DNA from: Blepharisma stoltei ATCC 30299
Lineage: Eukaryota; Protista; Ciliophora
NCBI GenBank assembly: GCA_965603825.1
Contig: CBFDEM010000013.1
Coordinates: 372,001-436,000, forward strand
Length of the DNA stretch: 64,000 nt
Direction: 5' to 3'
The notes under the pieces are model-generated. The model was not told the origin of the DNA. It searched no databases and was given only the letters and a program-made list of their open reading frames with translations. Made by a program: the position numbers and the translations under genes. Shown piece by piece: positions 13,431 to 26,383 of the stretch. Numbering within the stretch: position 1 is the first letter of the stretch; every line of letters starts with the position of its first letter.

Positions 13431-14675
13431 CTAAAATAGAACGCATCCCTTGCACGCAGCACATGTTGCGCCTCTCTTCGGTCCTGACAAGCCTGCTTGT
13501 TTTTCTCTTTTCTCTAGTTCTCTTTCGTTGCTATTTATGTTTGGCTGTGTTTCTGCCATGAAAGATATAGGTGGCGTGGAATAAACATCCGAACTGACGT
13601 CTAGCGGGTCCTCATCAGAACTTGAGTCTTCAGAGTCAATATGTGAGTCTTTGGGGTCAACAAATTTTTTCTGGGCAATTTCAAAGTCAGCAAGTCATTT
13701 CATCTTAGGAGACGAAAGATCTCCTTTCGTCAGAGACTCTGAATAGTCATTTGGATGAGCAATTGTATTTGATTTAGGCCTAGTTTTAGGCTCTTCTATG
13801 TTAATCGGTGAGATTTCTCCGAAATCAAGACCTTTTTCCTCCGTTACAGGCTTTGAATCAATAGTGAGTTTGCCATTTTGCTGAGAATTATTTTGAGGTG
13901 AATTTTCTTGTGAAATCGAATATGGAACAGAACCACTTCTGTACCTTGAGTTTTCGATATAATTAGTATCCTTTGATATAAACTTTTTAGCCTCATTCGA
14001 TCCTGAAGGAGGAGAGGCTTCATCTAGCAATAAATCGAACTCTTTAGAGCTAGTAATCACAGTAGATTGACTTAGAATATCAAAGCTATCCTCTTCATCT
14101 TCTGATCCTTTATGAATTGTTGCTCTTCTGGGTTGTGAAGTTAAAAATTTTTGCTTGGCGTTGTTAACTTGCACCTTTTGCAAAGAAAGATCACTTTCTT
14201 GTGCTTTATTGTTTAATATGGGAACTGCATCTGTTTGAGACCTTAATCTGCTGATATGACTCAAATTCATACTTACACAAATTACGGCCGACTTATCTGT
14301 GCATCCTTTTAGCTGAATTTCTTGCCTTTCTATTTTTTCCCCAGGATTATTTGCAAGTTCAGAAAAATCAAACTGTGCTTTTCCATTAATAACAGATTTT
14401 TCTCCATGAAGCTCTATCAGCTTAAAATTAATAATTTTCCTAACATATTTTTCGCTTTTCTTGTGCATTGTAATTACGAATGATAATGGATACTCAAAAA
14501 TTACATTGGAATTAATGGCATTATATTGCATAGGCTGTGTTTCTTCTAACCCTCTACCTCGTTTTGCAATGACTTTCAGTTTTTCTTTGTTGATAAGTTT
14601 AGCTTTTACATAATGGATGCTTACATTTAGCTCGTATTTCACCTTTTCTGCACCTATTTTATGCAAGAATGCCAT
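13431..14675 (-). CDS. NT-C2 (EEIG1/EHBP1 N-terminal-type) domain protein with C-terminal CaaX box
   Basis: N-terminal beta-rich domain (KYELNVSIHYV..NGKAQFDFSELA..LKGCTDKSAVICVSM), then a low-complexity linker. Reading through TGA 13695 gives ..TCAACKGCVLF-TAG. Confidence 0.75.
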
Positions 14676-14927
14676 TATTATTTCAACTTAAATATTAAAT
14701 TCTCTTAAATTAATAATTCGTCTTTATTAAATTATCCAAATAACTTGCCGAGATAATTGATATTTTTCAAAGATTTCTGAAAATTTCACCTTAGCAAGCA
14801 AAGAATAAAAATACTTAAAGACTTCTATTTAAAAATAAACTTTATAGAGATAGATTAATCCTTATAGATCCAGTTTTAATATATAGATGCATTATTAGAT
14901 TATAATGCTATAGATGGAATTAATTTC

Positions 14928-16040
14928 ATGAAGAAATTAATAAGGGTAAAATTAATCACTTCAAAAAAAGAAAACTTGCTTTTGCCCGAAGGCTTTCCTT
15001 TATCAGTAAAACCAAACTATTGGAACTTTATTAAATGAAACTTGGTCCAAAGCACCGCATCAAGTGCTTTAGGAGTTCTCTCTACACAGCAATTACTGAT
15101 TACCCTAGGCACAAACTCAATTACAGCATCAGCAGCATTGAATTGAATAATAAAGGATGGGCTTGGATTACTAGGAGGAGTGATTTATGCAGGCAGAATT
15201 GGAAATAGATTTGATGAAAACTCCAAATATTACAAATGAATTTCAGCTGTGTCAGTAAACCTGGCTAGTGGCTTAGAAATGATTAGTCCATGCTTTCCAA
15301 GTCTATTTTTGCCTATTGCTACAATAGGAACTCTAGGTAAAAATGTTTCAGCTTTAGCTGGAAGCGCTTCCAAAGCTGCAATTCATCTCAACTTGTGCCT
15401 AAGAAATAATTTAGCTGATGTTACTGCTAAAAGTGGAACCCAAGCTACAGCAGCAGGGCTGGTAGGAACCTTAATCGGAACTTTGTTTGGATACTCCATA
15501 CAAAGTTACTGGGGAAGTGTAGCAATTTTTAGTGCGCTTTCAGTCTGCCAGCTCTGAGCATGCTATAAAGGTCTAAAATACGTGGATTTGAATTCATTGA
15601 ATCCTCAGCGATTAGATATTATCATTAAGAATTTTATCGAACACAAAATTATTTTAAGTACAGAAGAAGTGTCCAAACATGAAAAGTTTTTACTTCCTTA
15701 TCCAAAACAAAATTTAATAGTGGGGATAGTACCTGAAATCTTTCAAGGACAAGATGGAGGATCTGCGAATATTGATGAAAATGTCGAGTACCCAAATGAA
15801 AATTTGAAGAAATACATAATTAGTAGACATGACAACAAGGTTTATTTGCTATATGAAGAAACAGCAGTGAACTCAGATATAATTGAAGGATATGTTTTGG
15901 CTAGATGCATATCATGGAATGTCCCTCCTGTGACTATTCCATTAGAAGATCTGAAAAATATTGGCTGGGAGATCTCACAGCCATTTTTATCTCCTACAAA
16001 CACCCGTTACAAAAATGAAAGCTCTGATTTAACTCAATAG
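14928..16040 (+). CDS. RUS1/DUF647 family protein
   Basis: LLPEGFPLSV, AALN-W(TGA)-IIKDGLG, NNLADVTAKSGTQ, LNPQRL; TAG stop. Confidence 0.88.
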
Positions 16041-16048
16041 TTTCTAAG

Positions 16049-18184
16049 TTATTTATCGTCTTCAATTAAAATGCCAGCTCCTGCAAACTTCGTAATAACC
16101 GTCCTCTTTATTCTCATCATTTCTCTAAAAGTGTCTTCATTGCCATGATACACTTCGAAATCATGCCAAACCTTCCAAAATTCCTCTTCTTCTGGCTTCC
16201 TTGGATCACAAAATTGCGAAATATAATTATAAATTGATCTTGCTCTGTCAATTTCTCCCAATTTTCTTTCAATATTTGCAAACTTCAGCCCAATTTCAAT
16301 TACTTGGGTAGGGATATTTAAAACTTCATAGACTTCTTCAAAGAGTTTCCTCATTTTGAAAATTCCGAAATAGTCACAAGTTTTCTGTAAATATACATAA
16401 AGCATTTCCACCTTTTCAGAATCCAGGACTTCTTTTATTGCTTTTGAGTAAATTTCGATTGAGTGGTTTAATAGCCCATACTCTTCTTCAAGCTTAGCAT
16501 ACAAGCAAAAAAATATTTTTTTCTTATCTTTTGGGCAGTTCGTCAAGACTTGCTCAAAGAGATCCCTTGCTCTTTCAAGCTTTTTTTCTCCATAGTGTTT
16601 TACAAATGAAGTGAGGTAGGAGATTCATATATCATATATAAATGGCCATGAAAAATTATTAATTCCTTGCTCGTATACACGAAACGATTCTTCCCAAAAT
16701 TCATTATTTTGTAAATAAGAACTGTAATTTAAGATTGCTTGAGGAGTCGCGATTTTTAAAGAAATCATCCTATCATAAACAGCTTTTACAGACTCTGTGG
16801 TTCCTAAGCTTTCTTCAAGGTCTACATATAGTCCTCATAGCTGCGTTCGCATTGATACTTCTTGCTGAAGACTTAGCTCTTTCGAGTATTTTTTGGCATG
16901 CCAGTTGCAAAAATGTTTGGCAAGTTTTAAGGCATCTCCATAGTGCCGATGTTCTAATTCCATTTCTATTCAAGCTTCACAGACTGCTTCGAGCTGTTTT
17001 GGATTTTTAAATTTCGATTTCGTTGCTTTGTCTAGTACAATTCTAGCACTCTTCATATCTCCATTTTTCTCATACAGCTTTGCAAACTCAATTCAAAGGT
17101 CCTGAGGTCGTCCAATAGCTTTCATAGGATCAAGAATAGTAACAGCCTCAGCATAAGTCCTCAGCATTTCTACAATGTCTCCTTCATGGAGCTTCACTCT
17201 TGATTTCCATTCATTCACATCATTTGGAGTTTCTTTTATTTTTACATCAGAAAGCAGAAATTCTCTGCTGTCAAGCAATTCTTCAAGTATTTTCATTTCG
17301 CTGTCAATTACATCTTGAGGATAACCTTCGCTTACATATAAATTTAGAAGTTCTTCTTCGAGCTGCGAATAGGCAGCAAACACAACTCCGAAGTCTCTCA
17401 CGCTTTTTACATCAGCCAAGGCCTTTTTATATACCCTCCTTGCTTCTTCAATTTCTCCTCTTCTGATGTAGAACTCGGCCAACATTTCTCAAGCTCTTCC
17501 TTGATCTTCCATTCTGCCCATGCATCTTTCTAAGATTTCTTTAGAGTTCTCAACAGCGTCAGGATTTTGCGAAACCAAGCGAGCAAGAGTGTTCCACAAA
17601 GTGCTGGCTTCATCATTTTCCACTACTTCTAATATAAGAGTGATGGCTTCTGATGAGTATTGATATTTTACCAAAAAATCGATGTATTCCTCAATGAAAA
17701 ATGGGTTGAATTGGAGATATCGGATATAAATCCTTCGCGTTGTTTCATGGATTGGGATAGTTTCTGCCCATTCTAAGTATTTGTCCCAAATCAAATCATG
17801 CTGGGTTAACGGAAGCTGCTGCAAGGAATAATCAAACATTCGCCTTGTTTTTGTGATATGATCTTGACTAATGAGAAAATCAAGATATATTAGCCATATT
17901 TTAGGCATGAGGTACATATATCTCAGAGCCCTTTCAAAGAGGAGGTTTGCAAGCTCATAATGCTCTTCTGAGGGACTTTCTGATACATATTGAGAAACTT
18001 CTGAAAGATAATTATATCACAGCTTATAGCTTCCGGGTATGTATGAGAGTGATCTTTCATATAGATTACATTTCTCCAGAAAAGTTGGAGCCACTTGTAT
18101 ACAATTTCACCAGGCTCGTTGGGAGTATGGATTGTGAATTAAGTCTTCTGTATTTAGGTCAGGTGGGAAAAACACATTCGCCAT
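16049..18184 (-). CDS. SYF1: Pre-mRNA splicing factor SYF1/XAB2 (HAT repeats)
   Basis: YERSLSYIPGSYKL-W(TGA)-YNYL, MPKIWLIYL, ERKLGEIDRARSIY, FEVYHGNEDTFREMMRIKRTV; single frame through several TGAs. Confidence 0.92.
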
Positions 18185-18489
18185 TGTGTTTTATTAATAT
18201 GCTATTTTGAGTTTTTAACTATAAATAAAGAGTTTCTACTGAATCTAAATACAATCAATATTATCTGCCAATTAGCAAGAGAAATCAATTGCGTATTTTT
18301 AAATTATTAAAAGGAGACTAATCAAGAGCTACTTATATAATACTCATGGCTAATGGGTACCATTCAATTTATAATGATTCAAGCAATCATATTAAAAAAT
18401 TCGAACTATGAAAAATCATTTATAATATAATATTGATTATTAGGTTTTCATTAGTAACTGTTCTGACCCTTTTTTATAAATTAAGGCAT

Positions 18490-20265
18490 ATGGGATGCGG
18501 AGAAAGCAGGAACGGCGAAGAGTGGAATCAACGTATAATTGATAATTTGCATGAAATCAGCAGGCTACTTCATGCCCTGAAGCCTCAATCGAAATCCTTA
18601 TACGAGATGTATTTTAAAATTCAGTCATCGATTGAACAAGAATTGCTCACTAACAAAGATCTCGAATGCGAAAAAGATGAAGTCCTCAAAAAAACAATCA
18701 AGCTTATGGAAGAAAATGAACAACTCAGTGACTTGATAAACACTCTCAAAGCTGAAAATAGCCAGGAATCTTCTGAAGGCGCTCTAGAGATGGAGGAGCT
18801 AAATCTTGAGCTCCAGAACACCAAGAAAGAAAAGCAATTCTATGAATCCACCGAAGAAGAAATCGTCCTTAGCAACGTTTTCACGATTTCTAGAGGAAAA
18901 GTAAACACACTTTTATTAAGAGCTTTTCTTATCTGGAAAACCTCATCCCCTAAATCTGAATTTGTCAGAAGAAAGCGAAGACAAAAAACAGTTCTCATCG
19001 TTAAAAAACTCAAAGCATTTGAAGACCAAAATCTATTAGACATTAACGAGCTGCTGAAGAAATCCCAGGAAAGAGAATTTAAAAATGCAAAACCATTAGA
19101 TCTTGGATACACTTTCAAATTTCTTGAGAAATTGATGGATGACAAATTTGATGAAGACTTAAAAATGATTGAGGAAGGGAAAATACCAAGAGAGCTTTCT
19201 GATTATTTAATAGAGCAAATCTTCGCAAGATATGAGAACGAAGAGCTTGCTTATAAATTTTTAAATGAGCTAGTGGCATCGTTGCATAGCTTGTTTAAAA
19301 TGAATCAAACATATGGAATCCTCTTTTGTAGGCTCTTTAATCTCTTTCATGCGCAGCCTATTCCTTACCGCTTAGTAATTTATATTACCCAAGCCCGAAT
19401 GTATTTTCAGCAATTAAAGCAGCTCAAGCCAGTAGCTGACACTCCTGGATCAATTGTTAAAGGGTTTCTTGAAGATTCCTATGGAGGTGAGTCTCTTCTT
19501 TCAGATGTCATAATGCTTATTGAACTGCTGTTCAAAGAAGACCCAGCTACTGGAGCTAAAGTGCTAGAAAAATGCAGGCCAACTAGTGTTGGAATGGGAG
19601 AGTACTGCTTATATATAGTCTGCAATAAATTTTTTTCAGAAAATATTGACGTTGACGAGTGAATAGAAAGTTTGGGAGCTGGGGAAACAGTACTTTATAC
19701 AGTAATAGCAAGAAAACTATTGAAAACTGAAGTATGGGTAACTGAAGAAATGATACATCAAATGCTATTGGGAATATTAAACAATAAAGCTGCATCTAAA
19801 TCAGACTTACGTAGCTTATTAGCCATAGAAAGATATATTGATGGGTACACGCATCAAAAATATCTTATAAATAAAGCAAGCTTCATGAACGCAATAGTTA
19901 CAGTATACGATGAGCTATGGACTGAAGAAGGTGTTCGTCTCTATATGGAGTTTGTAACTGCAGACGAAGAAAACGGGCTTCTAACGGAGCGAATGTTTGT
20001 GGAAAAATGTTTTGAGCTCGAATTATCAATTCCTCATTATGAGCTCGAAAATTTATATAGAGAAGTGGCGACTGAGGAAGGGATTACTGGTGAGGCAGCT
20101 TATAAGCAAGTGCTTAAGCGCCTCCAATATGGAGCTTTCAATATTTTCAATATGCCTAGCTTCGAAAATTTTAGTTTCCGTACAAAAGAAAGAAAAACAC
20201 TTATAGGAGAACAGCGGCCATCAATATCTTCTTTATCATTTCCAATATCTCGGCTTACAATTTAA
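18490..20265 (+). CDS. Hypothetical coiled-coil protein with MGC N-terminus and helical/EF-hand-like C-terminal region
   Basis: ATG 18490 (MGCGES; possible myristoylation plus palmitoylation); frame continues through TGA 19660 to TAA 20265. Confidence 0.75.
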
Positions 20266-20344
20266 TTTTACTCTATTAATAATCATGAATTAAATTCTAT
20301 AAATTAAGCCTACCATTACATTAAATCTAATAAATTAAACATTA

Positions 20345-22525
20345 CTAATCAAACTCTGACACTTTCCTTAATTCTTTTGAAGATGCAGTCATATCGTGCA
20401 TCAGCTCTTTAAAAAGAAGCAAAGAGCACATTTCTTTCAAAAACTCTTGGAACACTACCACTGCTTCTAAGAACTGCTTTTCGCTTTCATTGACGCAATT
20501 CTCATTGGTTTTTCTTCTTGTTAGTTTTCTGCTAACAATGATGCTATCATAGAACCCAAGCTTTAAAGGCATTTCAAGCATTTCTTTGACTATTAGTAGC
20601 TTTGAGTTCAGCGACGTGTCTTCTAGAAACTTGGAATCGATATCAGAGGCAATGTTTTTCAAAACATGAATAAACATCACATTTGATTTCTTATCTTGTG
20701 GCTCAATTAAGAAGTTATTAAGAGCTCTTGTGGCTTCATTGACTTTTGGGTAAACAGCCAAAGCAGAAATAATGCCTGTGAGCATAAGGTTTTCTTGGAA
20801 TGAATTTCCCAAGAAGTTGTTGAATTTTGACACAACGTAATCCAGAATTTCGCCTGGGTTAAAGGGCTCGTCTTCTTCAGTTTCTATGAATAGCTGCAGC
20901 CTTTTTCTAGGAGTCCCTCCAGTTCCTGCAGATTTGGCAATTGGGGACTTAGAAAAATTTTCATTAAGTTTTGAAGCTGATGCACCTGTAAATTCTGAGT
21001 CTTCATTCGCAATATTTTTATAGATGATTGAGGACCCTTCAAATGTGCTTGAATATGCAGATGTAATGAAGTCAGAAAATGTGTTAGCGTTGAAGCTAAA
21101 AACGCTGCTTGGGAACATAGACATAAAGGTTTCGCAGTCAATTTTGAATTCATCATTAGGAGGAGTACCCGAGAAATTGTCAGTGATCATTAATTTCACG
21201 ATTTTTCAGTTATTCTTTGCAAGTAAAATATATATAAGCCTAAGTGTGTTGAAAGATAAAAGATAATTATCACAAAGAAGATTTTGCAGAATCGTCTGTC
21301 ACATTTTTTTAATATCAGCAAGCGGTTTGCATCCTTGATTTCTTATATTCACTTGTGGAGGATGAGAAACATTTTCCACTTTATTTGCCTTCTGTTCTCC
21401 TGGGAAGATAATTTTATGCTCAACTGAATATGTCGGCGTAGAAACCAAAGAAGCCACTCGCTTGTCTCCATTTTTCCCTTTCCCTTGCAAAAAATAAACC
21501 AGCGGCAGCACAAGGTCCATGTTACTGATTTCCTGCATTATTATGCACAACGCAAAAGTTGCTGAGCACCTAATATTTACATCCATGCTTTGAAGTCGTG
21601 GAGTGAGCACCGAAACGCAAAACTCTTCATAAAAATTATGAACAATATCATCCTTAAAAAAATCGTGAATTGTCTCTGCATATATGTCATTCAAAAATTG
21701 TGTGTAACTGATTAATTCTTTTATTTGATTTTCCAGAATCTGAAACTTTTCTTCTGTGTCAACAATGACTGGGAGAGTCTGAAAATAAAACACTAGCTTT
21801 GTTATCAGCATTAATGAGAGCTCAGAACTTTTTATTGCCATTTCAAATAGAGGCCGATTCTCAATTTGGCTGGCAATAATAAAAGACTCTCTTAGTTCTG
21901 GAATTTCTTGAGCGTATTCGTCTTGAAAATATATCATCAACACACTTAAAGGTAAAAATTCTTCTTTGTCACCACTTTTGCAGTTAAAAAGTTCAAGAAT
22001 CACTGGGTCTTGGTATCCTTGCTTTAGAAGTTCGTTAATAAGCTTTAATACCAGAGGCTTAGAATGGCTGAACTCGTGCCCACTTAAGAGTCTTCCGCTA
22101 ATGACATGAAAAAGTGCTGTCAATGATAAGTGAAAGGACGACTGTGCCAAAATGATTTGATTCTGAATGCCAGTGAGAAGCTGAACTATAAGATTCAAAA
22201 CAAAATTCATCAGGCCAGGAGGAAAATCAGTCTGGGCAGCTGCTACGAGCTCTTCAAAGAGACTGCAATCTAAACAAGATTCCATACATACGCCCATCGA
22301 TCTCTGGCTAAAATCATCAGTCATATCTTCTTGAATCAGAATTTGTACGATTTTTTCAAGCCCTTGGATTTCAGATGAACCAAGGGCTTTTGCCACTTTT
22401 GAGGATCCTGGGCCTTGCTCGCATAAAGTTGTGTGATATTTTTGAAATGATTTCCAAAACTTCACAATTTTGTCTAAGTCAGAACCTTTGGCTGGGGAAA
22501 GTGATGATTTTAGCTTTCTCCACAT
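20345..22525 (-). CDS. FHIP/FAM160 (FTS-Hook-interacting, RAI16-like) family protein
   Basis: CMESCLD..LFEEL..DFPPGLMNFVL and FLGNSFQENLMLTGIISALAVYP motifs; ORFs joined via TGA 21299. Confidence 0.78.
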
Positions 22526-22716
22526 AATTATACAGTTATAGGCAAATCTATTTAATAAGAATCATTTTTTTTAATCTGTTATAAACTTTGACATGCAGAA
22601 ACTAGCGGAAAATAACAAGAAATAAATGATCTATTTTCAAAGAAATTAATCTCAAATAGAAAATTAATTTTTAGCTTTAATCAGGCAGATGTTTTTATGA
22701 ATGATTACTTAAAGAG

Positions 22717-23793
22717 CTAAGTTGTTCAGATCACACCGTGACCATTTCATATTGAAGAAAATAAGGAAGCTTGAGGAACAAGACTTGGCAATTTTTCTTC
22801 GATTTCGTTCTCATGATCTGCAATAAGCCTGAAATCTGACGGATTTGAGAGTGAGTTTTCGAAGAAATTAGACTCAAATGTAATAGAGATACTTGAGTTA
22901 AATAACGAGCTTTGTTCTTGATGCGCGTGAATTGTAAAAATTGAGTCTGCTTTGCATAGCATAGGACATGGCATATCCAATAGTTCCTCGTGCTGGCAGC
23001 TATTAGCTGCTCCATTATGACAGCCAGCATTTAAGCTACCAGAATTTCTATTAGAAGCACTCTCACAACTGTTTTCTTTAACACTGACTTCTTCAGATTT
23101 GATTGAATTAGTTGGGCTGTCCGAAGTTTCTAGGAAATCTAACTCAATTGGATGGAAATTTCTCTCGTCAATTTCCATATCAATTGCATCTTCAAGTACT
23201 TCATCAACATAATAATTATAATTTATCATGGCTTCGTCTTCCTCATGGATATTTGGACGGTATAGCAGCATGAATCTCTTATTAAGCTCCTGTGGTAAAA
23301 TAATCATTGCTTTTCTATTACACTCAATTCAGCGGTTATAAATCATAGACAGGCTAGGGTATTTCTTTGAAAGGAAAGCCTGAAATGGAGAAATTGATTC
23401 ATTCAAGTATGCTTTGACAGCCAAGGATGTGATATAAAGGATAATTTCCAACGGGACGAAATCTTGTGTCCAAGCGAACTTATCGAGGTAAATAGACCAC
23501 ACCACAGCTTCTAAGTCATTGAACATCATTTCTTGGGCAATTCTGGTAAACACAATGGATAAGGGGGATTTCCTTATCTCAGGGGGAATTTTTTTATCGG
23601 AAACGATTCTTTTAATAATCGTCTCAGTTTTTTGACTCATACGATAACTGAGAGTCATTTGGGTATAGAGGTTGCACAAAATCTTATGCTTTAGAAGAGT
23701 CTTCTCAAGGTCTGAGCCGAAGAGCCGAAGAAGACTAGTTGCCATTGAATCATTCTGAATAGGATTTGAATACTTTTGGACGACATTCTTCAT
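22717..23793 (-). CDS. Hypothetical protein (helical N-terminal domain, acidic/Ser-rich tail)
   Basis: ATG 23793; frame passes TGAs at 23329, 22747 and 22726 to TAG 22717. Confidence 0.75.
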
Positions 23794-23984
23794 ATAAATT
23801 ATTAGGCAAGCAAATTCAGAAGAAAATGGAGGACTTGCATTTTTATTTCATTGACAGATTTTATTTTATTTATAGAAAAATAAGCACATAAAATGAGGAA
23901 GAAAATTTTAAGGTAGATTAATTTTGAAGAAGAACTTTTAGTGATTTTTTTATAACCTTCAAATAAACTGAATTTAATTATAAT

Positions 23985-24249
23985 ATGGAAAGGTCTTTGC
24001 TTCAGATCTATAGAGACTGGATGAAAGCTTGCAGACATATGGGTAGAGAGGTAAGCATTAAATTAGAGCACAAAAACAGAAGCCATTCGATCTTTAGTAA
24101 GAAGAGAATGAAAAAAGCACCAGTTTGAGACTGATGCTGAAAAGATTGAGGAATTTAGAGAAGGGCAAATAAGAGGACTCGGAAATTACCTTATATACAC
24201 AGTGAAATCCGAGTTAATTGACAAAAAACCTGAAGATATCACTAAGTAA
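23985..24249 (+). CDS. LYR-motif (Complex1_LYR-like) small protein, 82 aa, two exons (23985-24050, 24067-24249); absent from the ORF track
   Basis: MERSLLQIYRDWMKACRHMGRE^STKTEAIRSLVRRE-W(TGA)-KKHQFETDAEKIEEFREGQIRGLGNYLIY..-TAA; IYR motif plus the downstream VRxE(F/W)..ETD pattern. Confidence 0.8.
24051..24066 (+). other. 16-nt intron GTAAGCATTAAATTAG
   Basis: Removal is required to join the two halves of the LYR domain in frame. Confidence 0.85.
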
Positions 24250-24295
24250 CCCATAATTCTTTATCAACCCTCTTTCATTCTTAATTTTAAAATAT

Positions 24296-25606
24296 TTAAT
24301 TAAATAGCTGTTTGTATTCATCTGGATAATTTCCTTTATATATTTTCATTACATCCGCAAAAATTCTTGGTGCCAGTTTAGGGTCTTTCAATTCCATTTC
24401 TGCAATAGCAAGTATCAATTTATCAACACAGCTATAATCTTCAATCCTCTCTATATTAGAAATTGCATTTTCTACTATTGTAAGAAAAGAAGGCTCCTTT
24501 ACAATCAGTCCGGGGTTGTCTGTGCTCCATCGAGGCATCATGACCGCAGCTCCACTGATCTCATCAGGCATCATTTCTACACTGTTAAGTGTGGAGTTTG
24601 AGTTGGAAGAGCAGTTGCTGGAATTTTTCCTATGTGTGAGTTGTCTCATTTTAGCACTTTCTGAGCTGTGTGTGTGTCTGTGTGAATTGTCTGAAAGATG
24701 CAAAATTGTGTTGGCTGGTGACTGAGTTGATGAGGACCTAAAGTGCTCCTTTTTCAATACAGTTGAAGAATCCAAGAGATCAGTCAAGTAATAAGTCTTT
24801 TTAGCATTTTTGATAAATTTGTGGTTTAAAAGACTTTCTGTATCTGGTCGCAAGTTTGGGTTTTTTTCTAAACATTGAGCAATAAAATCTCTAAATGTAG
24901 GAGAGAAGGATTGATCCAGTTGTGGGGATGGATCAGTTTGAATCCGAAATAAAGCAGATAAAGGAGGCAAATCCATGTATGGAGGCTTTCCTGTAGCAAG
25001 CTCTATTGCTGTGATGCCAACAGATCATATATCAGCTTTGTAGTCATAGCCAGACTGCACAACAACTTCAGGAGCCATTCAATAAGGTGTGCCAACAAAT
25101 GAGTTTCGCTTGTTCACACTTTCAGTGATCTGAGCTGTGACTCCGAAATCTGCAAGCTTGACTTGTCCATCCATTGAGAGCAGAATATTTGCTGCTTTAA
25201 CGTCTCTGTGGATTTTTTTGTTAGAATGCAGATAAGCTAGTGCAAGTAGGAGTTCTTTGAGAAGAATAGGGATGTAGATTTCCTGCAAAGGCCCTCTAAC
25301 CTTCAAAATGTCTTTAACAGATCCTCCAGCTACGTATTCCATAACAATGTACAGCTTCCCTTCGTGAACAAAAGATTCGTAAAAATTGGTGATTCTAGGA
25401 TTTTGGCATTCTTTTAATATCTGTATTTCTCTGTTTAAGGTATCCAACGAATCTTCTGTATCCTAATTATAATTTACAGTGAGATCTATCACTTTCATGG
25501 CTACAATTTCTCCCGTTTCCTTGGCGAATGCTTTAAAAACTTCGCCGAAGGAGCCTTTACCTATTTTCTCAAGTAGCTCGTACTGCAGCAGACGCTCAAT
25601 ATCCAT
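24296..25606 (-). CDS. STE20-family kinase (MST3/MST4/YSK1-like); 15-nt intron at 25463-25477
   Basis: [30 protein letters not shown](TGA)-MAPE, KADI-W(TGA)-SVG. Confidence 0.93.
25463..25477 (-). other. 15-nt intron GTAAATTATAATTAG
   Basis: Contains an in-frame TAG inside the kinase N-lobe; removal gives KVIDLT^DTEDSLD. Confidence 0.92.
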
Positions 25607-26383
25607 TATATTATTTTAGTGAGATATGGGTAAGTTCATTTAAATTTAAAATCTTACTCTCCTTTAATTTGAAGAAGATCTTTTATTCAATTTAAGTGGA
25701 GGGAATGCTAGGAGTAATAAGTTTAAATGAAAGGAGATTTTATAGCTTACTTATCAATTATCAATGATGATTAATTAGTATATGCACTAGAATTTAGATA
25801 CTTAATTTGTTATAAATTTTTGCAATTGCTTCTCTTTTCTTAATAATTCAAAACTTGATCTCTGCCTGCTGCTGAGATCATCCCAATAATAAAATATGAA
25901 TATCTTAAAATAAATAAATTCTCTAAAGTTATATCTCAGTCATTAGCTATTAAATTAATGTTTTTTGTTAATTGAGGGAGCTATTTCTATGATCTTAATA
26001 GATATAAATGATATCTTTTTAATAAAATAATTCAATTTCCATAATTTTTAGTAATTAATAATTTCCTTCAACTTCTAAGATCAGGTTAGTAAATAAAACT
26101 CTCTTAAAGGTGATCATGGCTAAGTGAGCTATTTGATTTATTTTTTATCCTAACATATCAAGATTTGCAAGGATATTGATTTTTAACTGAAATTTTATTT
26201 AAATTATCAAAGCTTACCCATCAACAACTAATATTTTTATATTCAGCTTAAGCCTAGTCAAATTAACTACATTTATTTAATTATTTTAATAAACGAAAGG
26301 AAGTTATTAAAAAAATCATCCCGTATTTAGGCGAGTGTAGTGCTGATAGACATTTTCTTGTTGAATAATTTGCTTAAAACATC

